A DNA stretch of 64,000 nucleotides, taken from contig CDMY01000389.1 of NCBI GenBank assembly GCA_001179505.1, forward strand, positions 25,785 to 89,784, given 5' to 3'. The number at the start of each line of letters is the position of its first letter. Within the stretch, counting starts at the first letter, position 1. A model generated the notes under the pieces. It searched no databases. It was not told where the DNA came from and saw only the letters and a program-made list of their open reading frames with translations. The DNA is from Vitrella brassicaformis CCMP3155. Its lineage: Eukaryota > Protista > Chromerida. The translations under genes and the position numbers were made by a program. Of the stretch, positions 47,652-58,861 are shown in pieces.

Positions 47652-48689
47652 CTATGTGGCGGCACTACGGCGCTCGACACGCAGCCCCTGGCCATCGAAG
47701 CTGAGCTTGTAGGGTCCGCCGCTGTTGTTGAGAGAGGCCTGCTGAGCCATAAAGCGCCGCTGGAAGTCGGTGCGCAGTTCATCGTCCCACAACTCCACAT
47801 AGGTCTTCTCGTGACCCTGCAGGGCAGATAGGACGAGCGACAAATACACATTCAGGGAGCTATGTCTGTGTGGTGTTCTATGTCACTCACCTTGAGCTCG
47901 TCGTTGGATGAGATGAGCGTGGCCATCACGTTGTCGTAAAACTGCTCCAACTGGTCATCATCTACAAAGCCTACAGTGAATGAACACATCCCATACACAG
48001 ACGCCATGACTGCTGGTTCTCCCCTGCGCCCCCATCCCCCCTTACCGGACACGGTGATCGTCACTTCCTCGACCGGCGGCAGCTTGTCATTGCTGTCCCG
48101 CCCCCACAGACAGGGGCTGCTTTTGCTGTGCACGGGTGCTGTGAGTTCGTTTGCCACTAGGTCGAGGCACAGCGTCAGGCTCCTCTCCCGCCCCCGGCTG
48201 ACCAGCGCCGCCTGCAGCCGCTCAAGGAACACCCACACCTCACCAGCAGGTGCATCCAGCAGCAAAGCGTGCTCATGGGATCCTATCTCGACGCACGACA
48301 GATTGGGCATGTGGGAGGCGATCTCGACCGCCCGCTTCTCCTTGGCCTCATCGTCGAGGGCATCGCCGAGCAGCTGCAGGGTGTGGGCGGCGGGGAAGGT
48401 GTCGTCACTGATGGCCGCAGAGACGGCCTCGTCTGCTCCGCTGTACACCTCGTCAAGACCGCCGTACACCACGGTGTGGGCGGCCTTGGCGTACTCGTTG
48501 ATGATCTTGTCGGCAGCGGGGCCGGTGCTGCCGCGCGAGAGGAGCTCCGCGCCAATCCGTCCACACGTGCCGTCGTTGTTGAGTGCGAAGACGCCGTTGT
48601 CCACTGCCTCGCGGTGAGCAATGGCGTCACTGGTCGAAGGCAAAGCGCAGGAATGAATTGCACGGTGTCTCTGCAGCCTCTCTCCCTCC

Positions 48690-48726
<37 letters not shown>

Positions 48727-50529
48727 TGTCCTTACATGAGCCGTGCAACGCTCTGGCACCGCTTGACATCATGTGGAGTGCTCGCCATCGACCACATGCG
48801 GATCTTGAGCTCGCGAATGGACCTCTTGACGCCCCTCGCCACCATCACCTCACGCAGCTCGTCGATGGCGACGGGGCTGCTCCAATCCATCTGGACGCCT
48901 CGCAGTATGCGAAGCGCCGCCAACGACTTCCCGTCAGCGGGGGGGCCCACTCAGCAAATCGGCCATGTCGTCTGCGGCCCCCGCTGTATATGTGCAGCAC
49001 CTCGATTGCCTTGCAGTCCTCCAGCCATGACCTCCCGCCCTTCTGTGCCGGAAACCGCAACAGTTGCGTGGTGAGCGACTTGACGGCAGGTGTGTGCCAC
49101 TGGCGGCCCACGCGAGCCGGCATGCAGTCGTTAGCCGACATGCAGTCGTTGGCTATGTTGTCGACCGTCGTGAGTGCCGGCAGGTGGATGGGGGCGGTGG
49201 GGGCGGGGGGCAGATCAGACGAGGGGGGCGGGTCGGGGATTTCAATGCTGTCGTCGAGCTCGACGGCCTCGAATGACAGCACCTCCAATGTGCCCTCGTC
49301 AGCCGACCGGCTGCCGTCATCATCATCTTGCCCCACCGCAGCAGCACTGGCAGCTGCCCCCTCCCCTCCCTCCCTCTTTTGTCTCTTCTTCTCTGCGATG
49401 GCCGCGCGCCCGATGGCATGACCCTCCACCAGCGCCACCCAGGTGCCGCGACACCAGCCCTCTCGCCAGTGGGGATAGCGGTGCTTGATCTCTCGCAAAT
49501 TAGCCGCTCTCTGCCCCCACTTGTGCGCCACGTCGAGTGGCATGGTCTCCCACATCCGCCCCGCCGTGTCGTCCTCACAGTCGATGACCAGTTTGGTGTA
49601 GTTGGCGGCCGACTGATGGAAGAGGGGCGTGCCCAGGCGGCGCCAGAGGGGCGTCAGCTCCCAGGGCTGCAGGTGGCCGAACACGTTGGCCAACTCGTCG
49701 CGAGCCAGCCGACGACGGGCCTGAAGTGATAATCAACATGACATCAAAGTAAGGTCAAGATGGTTTAGATGTCAGATCTGTCATGGTGGCGGACTGACCG
49801 GTCCTTCGACGGGTGGTGCGTTGTCGCTTCGATGAATCAGACGATATGATGGGCCGGCGACTACGGGAGCCTACAACACCAGCACAGCAATGCAGAATGG
49901 AGAGATCCCTGCGTAGCGATGGCCGGCCACTTCACCCGCTGATTGATCTCACCTGTGCCTCTGGGTGTTGCTGTGCCTCCGTGGTCGGTGTGAGTGCATC
50001 CACAGCACCGGTCAGGCCGGGCTCTCCCTGCTCCAGCTGGGTGGTGAGTGCATTCAGCAGGGAGGCCATCGAGCCCAGCTGATGATTGAGCACCAATGCC
50101 TCCGGAGACGACGCCTGAAGACCGAATGAATCACACAGAGGACCGCACAGTGACCGGCGCGTTTATCCGCCAGTGAGTTTGACCCACCTGTGCAGCGATG
50201 CTGGCGGCGTCTTGCTCAAGAAGGCGCGACAACTGTGCTATGATCTATTCACACCACACACACCACCACACACCACACACAGCACTGTGCAGCCGAGGAA
50301 GCGGCAAGGAAATGACATCGTGCGGCGTACCCTGTCCTGAATGGGCTGCAGGTTCACCAAGCTGTCCTTCACAGCCTGTGCGTTCGCAACAACAAGCTAA
50401 AGGGGACGCCAAGCCAACACACACAGCAAAGCAGTGAAGGCCTTTCTCCGTCTGGATTCTCTCTTTTGTGCTCCTGTGTCATCCATCCTCTGCCCTCCCG
50501 CTCATCGCACTCACCTGACTGACGTCCAT
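47652..50529 (-). pseudogene. Lineage-specific F-box-like family gene, copy 1 (frameshift near 48980)
   Basis: ARRRLSRDELANVFGHLQPWEL (F-box-like), colinear with copy 2. The frame changes between IEVLHIY and DDMADLLSGPPADGKSLAAL, where copy 2 is continuous. Confidence 0.55.
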
Positions 50530-51738
50530 GGCGGATCAGATCAGTCCATGTGTGTCTGGCGACGGAAACCAGCCACAAGCTATCAAAGTGCAAAGGCGGC
50601 AGCAATCACGCCCCTGCGATGAGTCTAAATCCTCCAAAATCGCTGGCGTGCCTTGTGCGTTAGGGTTCCATTATTGTGATGTGGCAATCGACCACAGCCA
50701 TTGGTGCGTGAGACACCTCACCCAGGCAGTATGTAACATCTATCCTCCCTAACGCACCCATCCATTCCATGTGTTCCATCGCAGATGCACACGCACGTTG
50801 ATGGGGAAAGGAGGGCGGTGCGTCTGTCTCTTTGTCTATCTGTCCGCCACCTGTCCATCCCGCTATCAATACAGCTGCCATTAAATCGCAGCCATTCAGC
50901 CGTCAGATCTGACAACACACAAACATGGAGGGATCGTATGTTGGTAATGCTCTACGTATTCTACTGTAATCTGACCTAGCGGCCGATACATGCGTTGCCG
51001 CGTTGCCAGTCTCTTCCTTCTTTCAACTCCTGCAGCCCGGCCAGTCAATTAAAGTGATGTCTCACTCACTCACCTTTGGCTGTCTCTGTCTGTCTGTCTG
51101 TCTGTCTGTCTGTTGGGTTCATTGATAAATGAGTGCAATGAACACGTGTGCGCTTCTGCCTCCTCTCCCTTGCGGCTGACCTGGAATGACTGCCTTGCTG
51201 GCGTGTGGCAAGAGGGGGTTGAAGCGCCAGAGCTTTTAAAGTGTGCCTTTGATAGGCTTTGGTGTGTCCATGTGGAGTGATGTGACTGACTGACCGACCC
51301 ACCGGCTGGCTGATTGGTGCCCAGTGGAGACATCCACGTGTGTGATCTGGAGGATGCAGGCATCAAACCGCAGCCACTCAGTCAGTCAGGCGTGTTTGTA
51401 TGCACCATCGATATGCACACGCATCAAGCTCTCAGCACACCCACAGCAACACACCGCACAGCCAACCACAGTGGGGCGTGGTGGCTGCGAGGGAGGCCAT
51501 CTCCTCCCGCTAACCAGCCACTCACTCATCCAGCTGTCTGGCTGTCCTCCCACCCCACCGCTCTACGCTGCACACCGTCAAGGTGTTGTCGCCCAGCATC
51601 CATCCATCCATCCATCTACAGCTCTCTCAGCAACCTTCATGGGCCGCTGAGTGACCATCTGACAGGCGACACACACGGCCGGCCAGCCAGACACTCAAGA
51701 CACGTTGTGGGTGGTGGTGTGTGTGATGTGTTTCCTAC

Positions 51739-54540
51739 CTATGTGGCGGCATTGCGGCGCTCGACACACAGCCCGTTTGCATCGAGGCTGACCTTGTATG
51801 GTCCGCCGCTGAGGAGGCTGAGGCCCGCCTGCTGAGCCATGAAACGCTGCTGGAAGTCGGTGCGCAGGTTGCCGCTCAACAACTCCACATATGTCTTCTT
51901 GTGGCCCTGTCCGTCAGCCAAGAGGACGAACGACATGTCCACATCGCCGGACAGCTGTGTCTGTATGGTGTATTGTGTTGCGTTACCTTGAGCTCGTCAT
52001 TGAATGAGGTGATCGTGGCAATCACGTTACTGTAAAAGGTCTCAAACTGGTCATCATCTACAAAGCCTACTGTGAATGAACACACACAGACGCCATGGCT
52101 GCTGGTTCTCCCCTGCGCCCTCATCCCCTTACCGGACACGGTCATCGTCACTTCCTCGACCGGCGGCAGCTTGTCATTGCTGTCCCGCCCCCACAGACAG
52201 GGGCTGCTTTTGCTGTGCACGGGTGCTGTGAGTTCGTTTGCCACTAGGTCGAGGCACAGCGTCAGGCTCCTCTCCCGCCCCCGGCTGACCAGCGCCGCCT
52301 GCAGCCGCTCGAGGAACACCCACACCTCTCCAGCAGGTCCAAGGAGCTCCACGCCGTGCTCCTTGTCTCCTGCCTTGACGCACGACAGGCTGGGCGTGTT
52401 GGAGGCGATCTCGACCGTCCGCTTCTTCTTGGCCTCATCGTCGAGGGCATCGCCGATCAGCAGCAGGGTGTGGGCGGCGGGGAATGTGTCGTCGGTGATG
52501 GTTGCACGGACGGCCTCGTCCTCTCCGCCGGACACCACGGTGAGGGCTCTCTTGGCGAACTGGTTGATGATCTGCTGGACGGCGGCGGGGCCGGTGCTGC
52601 TGCGCGAGAGGAGCTCCGCGTCAATCGTTCCACACGTGCTGTCGTTGTTGAGTGCGAAGACGCCCTTCTCCACTGCCTCGTGACGAGCAATGGCGTCGCT
52701 GATCGAAGGCAAAGCACAGGAATGACTGGCACTGTCGCTCTTCAGCCCCTCTCCCTCCCCCCTTCCTCTCTCTCTCTCTCTCTCTCTCTGCGTCCTTACA
52801 TGAGCTGTGCGACCCTCTGCGAGCACTCCACACTTGCATCAGTGCTCGGCATCCACCCCATTTCGATCTCGAGCTCGCGAATGGACTGCCTGACGCCCCT
52901 CGCCACCTTCACCTCACGCAGCCTGTCGATGTCGGCGGGCCGGTTCCAATACATCCCGACGCCTCGAAGTGTGCGAAGCGCCGCCAACGACTTGCCGTCA
53001 GTGGGAGCCCCACTAAGCACACGGGCCGCGTGATCGGCGTACCGTCCGTTGAGGTCCAGCACCTCGATGGCCTCACAGTCCCTCACCCATGCCCTTCCGC
53101 CCTTCACCCAGCTAGCCAACCAACTGTCCCTGGTGATGAGCGTCTTGACGGCAGGTGTGTGCCACTGGCGGTCCACACGAGCAGTCAGGCACTCGTCGTC
53201 TCTGCTGCGGATCGTCTTGAGTGCCGGCAGGTGGACGGGGGCGGTGGGGGCGCGGGGCAGGGCAGACGAGGGGGGCGGGTAGGTCATGTAAATGTTGTCG
53301 TCGAGCCCGACCTCCTCGAATGACTCGACCTCCTCGAATGACAGCATCTCCAATGTGCCTTTGTCAGCCGACCGGTCTCCGTCATCGTCCTGCCGTGGCG
53401 CGGCAGCAATCCCCTCCCCTGCATCTCTCTCTCGTCTCTTCTTCTCTGCGATGGCCGCCCGGCCACGCCCGTGACCCTCGACCAAGGCCACCCAGGTGCC
53501 GCGACACCAGCCCCCCCAAAGCCCCTTCCACCGCGTGGGATAGCGGTGCTTGATCTCTCGGATGCTGGTCGCCCTCTTGCCCCACTTGTGGGCCACGGCC
53601 AGCGTCATGGCCTCCCACATCCGCCTCTTCGTGTCGTCCTCACAGTCGATGACCAGGTGGGTGTAGTTGGCGGCGGATTCGTGGAAGATGGGCGTGCCGA
53701 GGCGGCGCCAGAGGGGCGTCAGCTCCCATGGATGCAGGTGGCCGAACACGTTGGCCAGCTCGTCGCGGGACAGCCGACGACGGGCCTGAAGTGACAACAA
53801 ACATGACATCAAAGTAAGGTCAAGATGGTTTCGATGTGTTAGATCTGTCATCTGTCATGGTGTCGTTCTTACCGGTCCTTTTGGTTGACGGGGGGAGAGT
53901 TGCCGCTTCTGTAGACGAGGCGAAACGACGGACGACTCACTGCAGGTGCCTGCAGGATACAGAGCAAGAGGCACCAACAGATACACACATGAAGAGTGTC
54001 GTGCTGTCGCCATCTGCTGTGCGCACCTCGGCATCATCCTGAGTGGCGGGATTGGGTGCGGCCGCCAGGATCGCTTTGAGTGCATCCACCACCCGCGACA
54101 CGTCCTCATGTGTGCGCGTGAGCTGCGACTGTGCCGTGGCGATGTGGGAGCTGACGAGGGCATGCTGCACACGAAGCTCCAATAAGCCGGCCGACGCCTG
54201 CGTATAAATCGACAGCAGCAGTGTCCGAGAGCGATGCAGCAGTGTGTCTGACATACCTGTCCAGAGAGGCTGGGAGGATGCGCTTGCTCAAAGTGAGACC
54301 GCAACGCGCCGAGCTGCAAGGAAGACACATACACAGAGAGGCGATGACTTGTTTCATTCAGGCGGGCAGGCGCACCGTTGTGTTGAGCTCTTGCAGGTGC
54401 CGCAGGCCCTCCTCGACTGCTCGCGTACCCTCCTTTGACCTGCACACACACGTGACACACACGAGAATGGATGACAATCATCAGATCTGATGAAGAAAGC
54501 CTGTCCCTAACGGCTGCTGGCTCACCTGACGCACGTCCAT
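51739..54540 (-). CDS. Lineage-specific F-box-like family gene, copy 2
   Basis: First exon ATGGACGTGCGTCAG|gtgag at 54540; LSRDELANVFGHLHPWEL F-box-like motif; long open exons; stop at 51739. Confidence 0.6.
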
Positions 54541-55111
54541 GATGCTGAGAGGCGGTGTTTGCGCCGAACAGGCAGTCGATGCAGAGGCTCCCTCACGCCG
54601 AGCGAGAATTCGCGCGCTTGAGACGGGCCCCCCTTTTCTCTTGCCACGTGACCTGCTCTCCCTTGCGGGTTTCTTTCCATTGCCTTCTTGCTCTTTCTTC
54701 CCCTTTCATCGCTGCATTATCGTTTGTGGTTTGTCTTGCCGTCATTTGCTGGCACTCGTATTACGGCAGCGTCAACACATCTTTCAACAGGCGCCTCGTT
54801 GAGCTGCAACCGTGCAGCCGCTGCAGCAATAGCGAGACGACCTCCGGGTGTGTCTTTTTGTCACTTCATCGTCTGTGAGCCTGCTTCATCGTCTGTCTTT
54901 CTGGCTGGCGCCAATCAGCCAGTCTGACTACTGCTGCTGCTGTCTGACTACTGAGGAAGGGAGGGCGGGAGGGAGAGAGGGGAGAGCAGTCCCCGCGTGG
55001 GGAGCCCCTGGCGCTCAACCGCATCGACCAGGAGGTGGCCAGATTGTAGATCGATATCAGCGACCACATACCCAGATGATCGCTGTTTGCTGCGTTTGTT
55101 GCTATGTGCAG

Positions 55112-56034
55112 GAGCTGGAGTTTGTCATGAATGACGGCGGCAGCAGCTGGGACAACCCGCCACAGTCAACCAACGGTACGCAATGCACGACGACATTGCA
55201 CGTACAAGATAGACCTCCTTATCCGACGGTCATTCGCCTTGGGTCGTATGTGTGTCTTGTCAGCCGCCCAGTACTGCATTGGCCAGCCGGGCGTGTACGT
55301 TTTGTACACAGGTACGGTCCGTACCTTGTGCAGTTGGCGGGAGGAGGAGGCGGCCATCAAGATTCAGAGACGGACCCGCCGTAAGTGCACGATGAGAAAG
55401 TAATAGGTATCCACTGAGCTCGGTGGCTCACTGTGTCTCCTTCAGCCAATAGAATATCTGCGCTCGGAGGAGATGCGGGCCGTGAGGCGGGTGGTGCGGC
55501 GGGTGGAAAGGGCTGCCAGGAAGGCCAACTAGAGCCACATCGTTTATGTGAGTGGTTGGCGGTAGCCATTCGTTCACCACTCGTTGGAGGGCGGCGGGTG
55601 GACCGCACTTCCCGGCGTGCCCTGCCAGCAGCTGGGGGACTCGGGATCTGAACTGTGGCATGTGTCTATGAAAATTCATGAGGTATGCATGAAGGCACAT
55701 GATTGGCTCACTCTTGCTGCCCACCTTGTGTCTGTTGACGATTTCAGGATCTACAATTCGTCCCAACGGATGGGGCCGATTCTTGGGACCACCCTCCTGC
55801 CACGGACTGCGGTCAAATTTGAGGACTGGAAGAAGGCTTGGCGGGTGTATTACCGCGTAAGAACGGGCTGCACCATGGAGTTAATCACGGCCATCCACGC
55901 GGTAAGCGGTCATTACAAAAAGGGATCCAGCCAGATGGGCCTGTTGTGCAATGGAGAGCTGCGGCAGTTGAGGTCCATGTCGTCAAGCAGCGGTGTCATC
56001 GATATCATCGTGAAGGAATATCGATGCATCGGTG
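55112..56034 (+). pseudogene. Tandem CBM25-like starch-binding modules with an IQ-like motif, apparently decayed
   Basis: Exons ELEFVMNDGGSSWDNPP / AQYCIGQPGVYVL and IVYVSGWR*PFVHHSLEGGGWTALPGVPC / DLQFVPTDGADSWDHPP match the CBM25 pattern (PYIHY..GG.WT..PGV...AFNDG...WD.N...Y...PG.Y). AAIKIQR is IQ-like. In-frame TAG at 55563-55565. Confidence 0.55.
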
Positions 56035-56069
56035 AGACACAAGTGCAATTTGGTTGACGAGTCGCTGCA

Positions 56070-58300
56070 TTGTTTGATGGATCTTTTGCTCTTCAGCTGC
56101 GAGGGTGGCGAGATTCGAGTCCAGCCATGATCCCACATTGCCAGCATCATGGCCTTCACCCCCGCCCCCAAGCCAGAGCAAAGACCTCCGCCCCATCACA
56201 ACTGCGCCGCCAGCCGTGCCCAACATCCTGCGGCAGACGTCCACCAACATCAGGAGAGGGCAGCCGACCGCACCGTCGACTCTGCCGCCCCCGCCCTCAC
56301 CCGCCCCTCTGACTGTTGCCAGGCGATTGCCAGTGACGCCCAGCGGGGGCGGTCTGGTGTCTCTCGGAGGGCCGACAGCAGCAGCTGCGGCTGCTGCTGG
56401 TGTGCCCAATCCGGTCATACCCCCACAGCCAATCATCAGAGGACTCTTCCCGATTTCCTCAGATCGCCGCCCTTCAATCGCGTGTAGTGGATTTGGCGGC
56501 AGCACGCCAGCAGGTCGCCTCCCAGCAGCAGCAGATGAAGAGGCTGCAGGCTAACATCAATGATATGCGGCAGCTAACCCGCCAGCTCCACCAGCAGCTC
56601 GCCGACAAGACCAAGGAGGCCGACGAGCACCAGCGGCAGGCGACGAAGCTTCGTGGCGTCATTGACAAGGCCGAGAAGGCCGTGCCCACGCCGCCCTCGC
56701 CACCCAGCCCCCATCACCGACCCCATCAAGGTACAACCATGTCCACACACAACACACACCCTCCTCCATCACACGCAATACACATCTCTCTCCCTCTGTG
56801 TGTGTGTGTGTGTGTGTGTGTGTCTGTGTCACATTTCCTGTCAGTTGGTGGCCTACATCCAGCAGCAGCACCCCGGCTTGACTCTCCGTAAGCACGCCCG
56901 CCACGAGTCGGTGTTCGCATCTCGGTGTTCTGTCTGTGTCTTTGTTTTGCAGCCGGATGGCGGCTGGCTTCCTGCTCAATGGAGGCGGACTGCGGCGAGA
57001 GAGTTTCACCCGAGCAATCGGAGTGAGACGCTCCCCTCGATCCGTTCCTCCGGGGTTTAGGCACTGCGCTCGTCGACGCGTGACAGGCCGCCCCACACTG
57101 GTCTGTCTGTCATATGCACGTTCCCTTGCTGCTTTCTTCGTGACGCTGCGTTCTCTCGGCCCCCTGGCCGGCTGCCTTGTTCCCTTGTTTCCGTTCCTCT
57201 CCTCTGTCCCATGAGCCTCCGCGTGGCAGCTGCTGCCACCTCTGGCCCCCCCCCCCCCCCCCCCCCCCNNNNNNNNNNNNNNNNNNNNNNNNNNNNNNNN
57301 NNNNNNNNNNNNNNNNNNNNNNNNNNNNNNNNNNNNNNNNNNNNNNNNNNNNNNNNNNNNNNNNNNNNNNNNNNNNNNNNNNNNNNNNNNNNNNNNNNNN
57401 NNNNNNNNNNNNNNNNNNNNNNNNNNNNNNNNNNNNNNNNNNNNNNNNNNNNNNNNNNNNNNNNNNNNNNNNNNNNNNNNNNNNNNNNNNNNNNNNNNNN
57501 NNNNNNNNNNNNNNNNNNNNNNNNNNNNNNNNNNNNNNNNNNNNNNNNNNNNNNNNNNNNNNNNNNNNGCCCCCCCCCCCCCCCGCCCCTCCCGTCGCCT
57601 GAGCAGGAAGGGACTCTCGCACCTCCCCCCTCTCCCCCGCCTGAGAATCCCTCCTCGGTTTGCTTCCCCCCCTCTTTCCGCGGCAGCTGCCATCTGTGGG
57701 ACCTCCCTGCCCGTCCCGTCGCCACGGCAAGAGGGGGCTGCCGAACTTCCCCCTGCCGCCAGGAACGGAGGCAGCCACTTCCCGCGGGTAGTCAGCAGCC
57801 TCACAGAGGCCTTCACGCTGCTCGAGACACACGATGACATAGAGGAGGTGAACAGCCGTCTCACTCACACGACGTGCCACTCACCCCGCACACGACATTT
57901 GTCCATCTCGTCTGTGGCTCTCCGTTTGTCTGTCAGGTGGTCGAGGTGGTGCGGAAGAGGCGGCTGGCGGAGGGCAAGCCGATGCCCAGCAACGCCGCCA
58001 GACGAATTTCCCCCTCAACGCCCATCGGCCAACCACCAGCTGCAGCAGTAGGGCAGCTGTCAGTGGAGCTCGTCAATGCCATGACTGAGGGCTTGGTAAG
58101 TAGCAATGCACAATTGCGAGACAGCAACTCAGAGAGTATTTGTGGGTGATGTGTGTGTCTTATCTGTGCAGCTGGCGGAGAGGGCGGCCCGGCGTGAGGC
58201 ACTTCTGCGGCGGCCGGCGTTCACAGGGCCTGACGCCCCAGGCACGTCGCAGAGTGAGAGGGGTCCCGGACGAGAGAGAGATGGGCGCGCTCAGCGCGCC
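56070..58300 (+). CDS. Coiled-coil/Pro-rich lineage-specific gene spanning gap 4
   Basis: QIAALQSRVVDLAAARQQVASQQQQMKRLQANINDMRQL... coiled coil; GT-AG exons continue after the gap (VVEVVRKRRLAEG; LAERAARREALLRRP). Boundaries uncertain. Confidence 0.4.
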
Positions 58301-58335
58301 ACCGGCCCCGCGACGTGTTGATTTGGTGTGTGTAG

Positions 58336-58860
58336 GTCGATGCAGTCACTCCCTTGCATTTATTCACAGAGACATCAAGCCAAATGTGAGCACTACTCGA
58401 AGACCACATGCCTGTTGTCTTGAATTGTTCTGTCTGTCTTGTCTGGCAGAATGTTCTCGTGCGGGGAGATAATTTGCAGCTAAGATTGGCGGATTTCGGA
58501 ATGTGCATTAGACTCTCGGTACGTATTCATTACAGCTGCCAACACGACATTTTGTTTCGTTCCTTTTTATGTGCAGCGCGGGGGATGTCGTGCATATGCG
58601 GCCGACTGTTCGCAGAATCGCTATCTACATTTTATATCCCGTTGGTCCGTGTATCATCAACGTTGCCTGCATTGCTTACGTGTGTATATCACGGTGCTGC
58701 TCTGATGATGGAGACACGAACCGTTGAATGAACACAAAGACGCGAGTCTCGCGTGATGTCGCACCATGTACCCCACTCAGGAACTCTACCATGAATCAAG
58801 AAGAACTCATGCATTCGCAGATCTTTCTGTCTGGCTGTACAGATGCTCGCACACTGCTCA
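58336..58860 (+). pseudogene. Protein kinase fragment (subdomains VIb-IX only)
   Basis: FIHRDIKPN|NVLVRGDNLQLRLADFGMC (HRD and DFG motifs, split by an intron) plus a weak MYPTQELY...DLSVW. No Gly loop or VAIK lysine recognised upstream. Confidence 0.55.
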
Positions 58861-58861
58861 C

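Larger units (their letters stand above)
46922..54540. repeat. Tandem ~4-kb segmental duplication (units starting about 46922 and 50980)
   Basis: ggcggccgatacatgcgttgccgcg begins both units; coding exons and about 700 bp of 3' flank are alignable. Confidence 0.85.

Noticed and set aside
50970-50990. CTAG at the edge of the 4-kb duplication as a Helitron 3' end
   Set aside because: The equivalent position in the other unit lacks CTAG, and I saw no clear subterminal hairpin or Rep/Hel ORF.
55810-55900. AP2-like reading VKFEDWKKAWRVYYR in ORF 55584-56057
   Set aside because: It lies in what appears to be an intron of the CBM25-like gene, and no AP2 helix signature follows.
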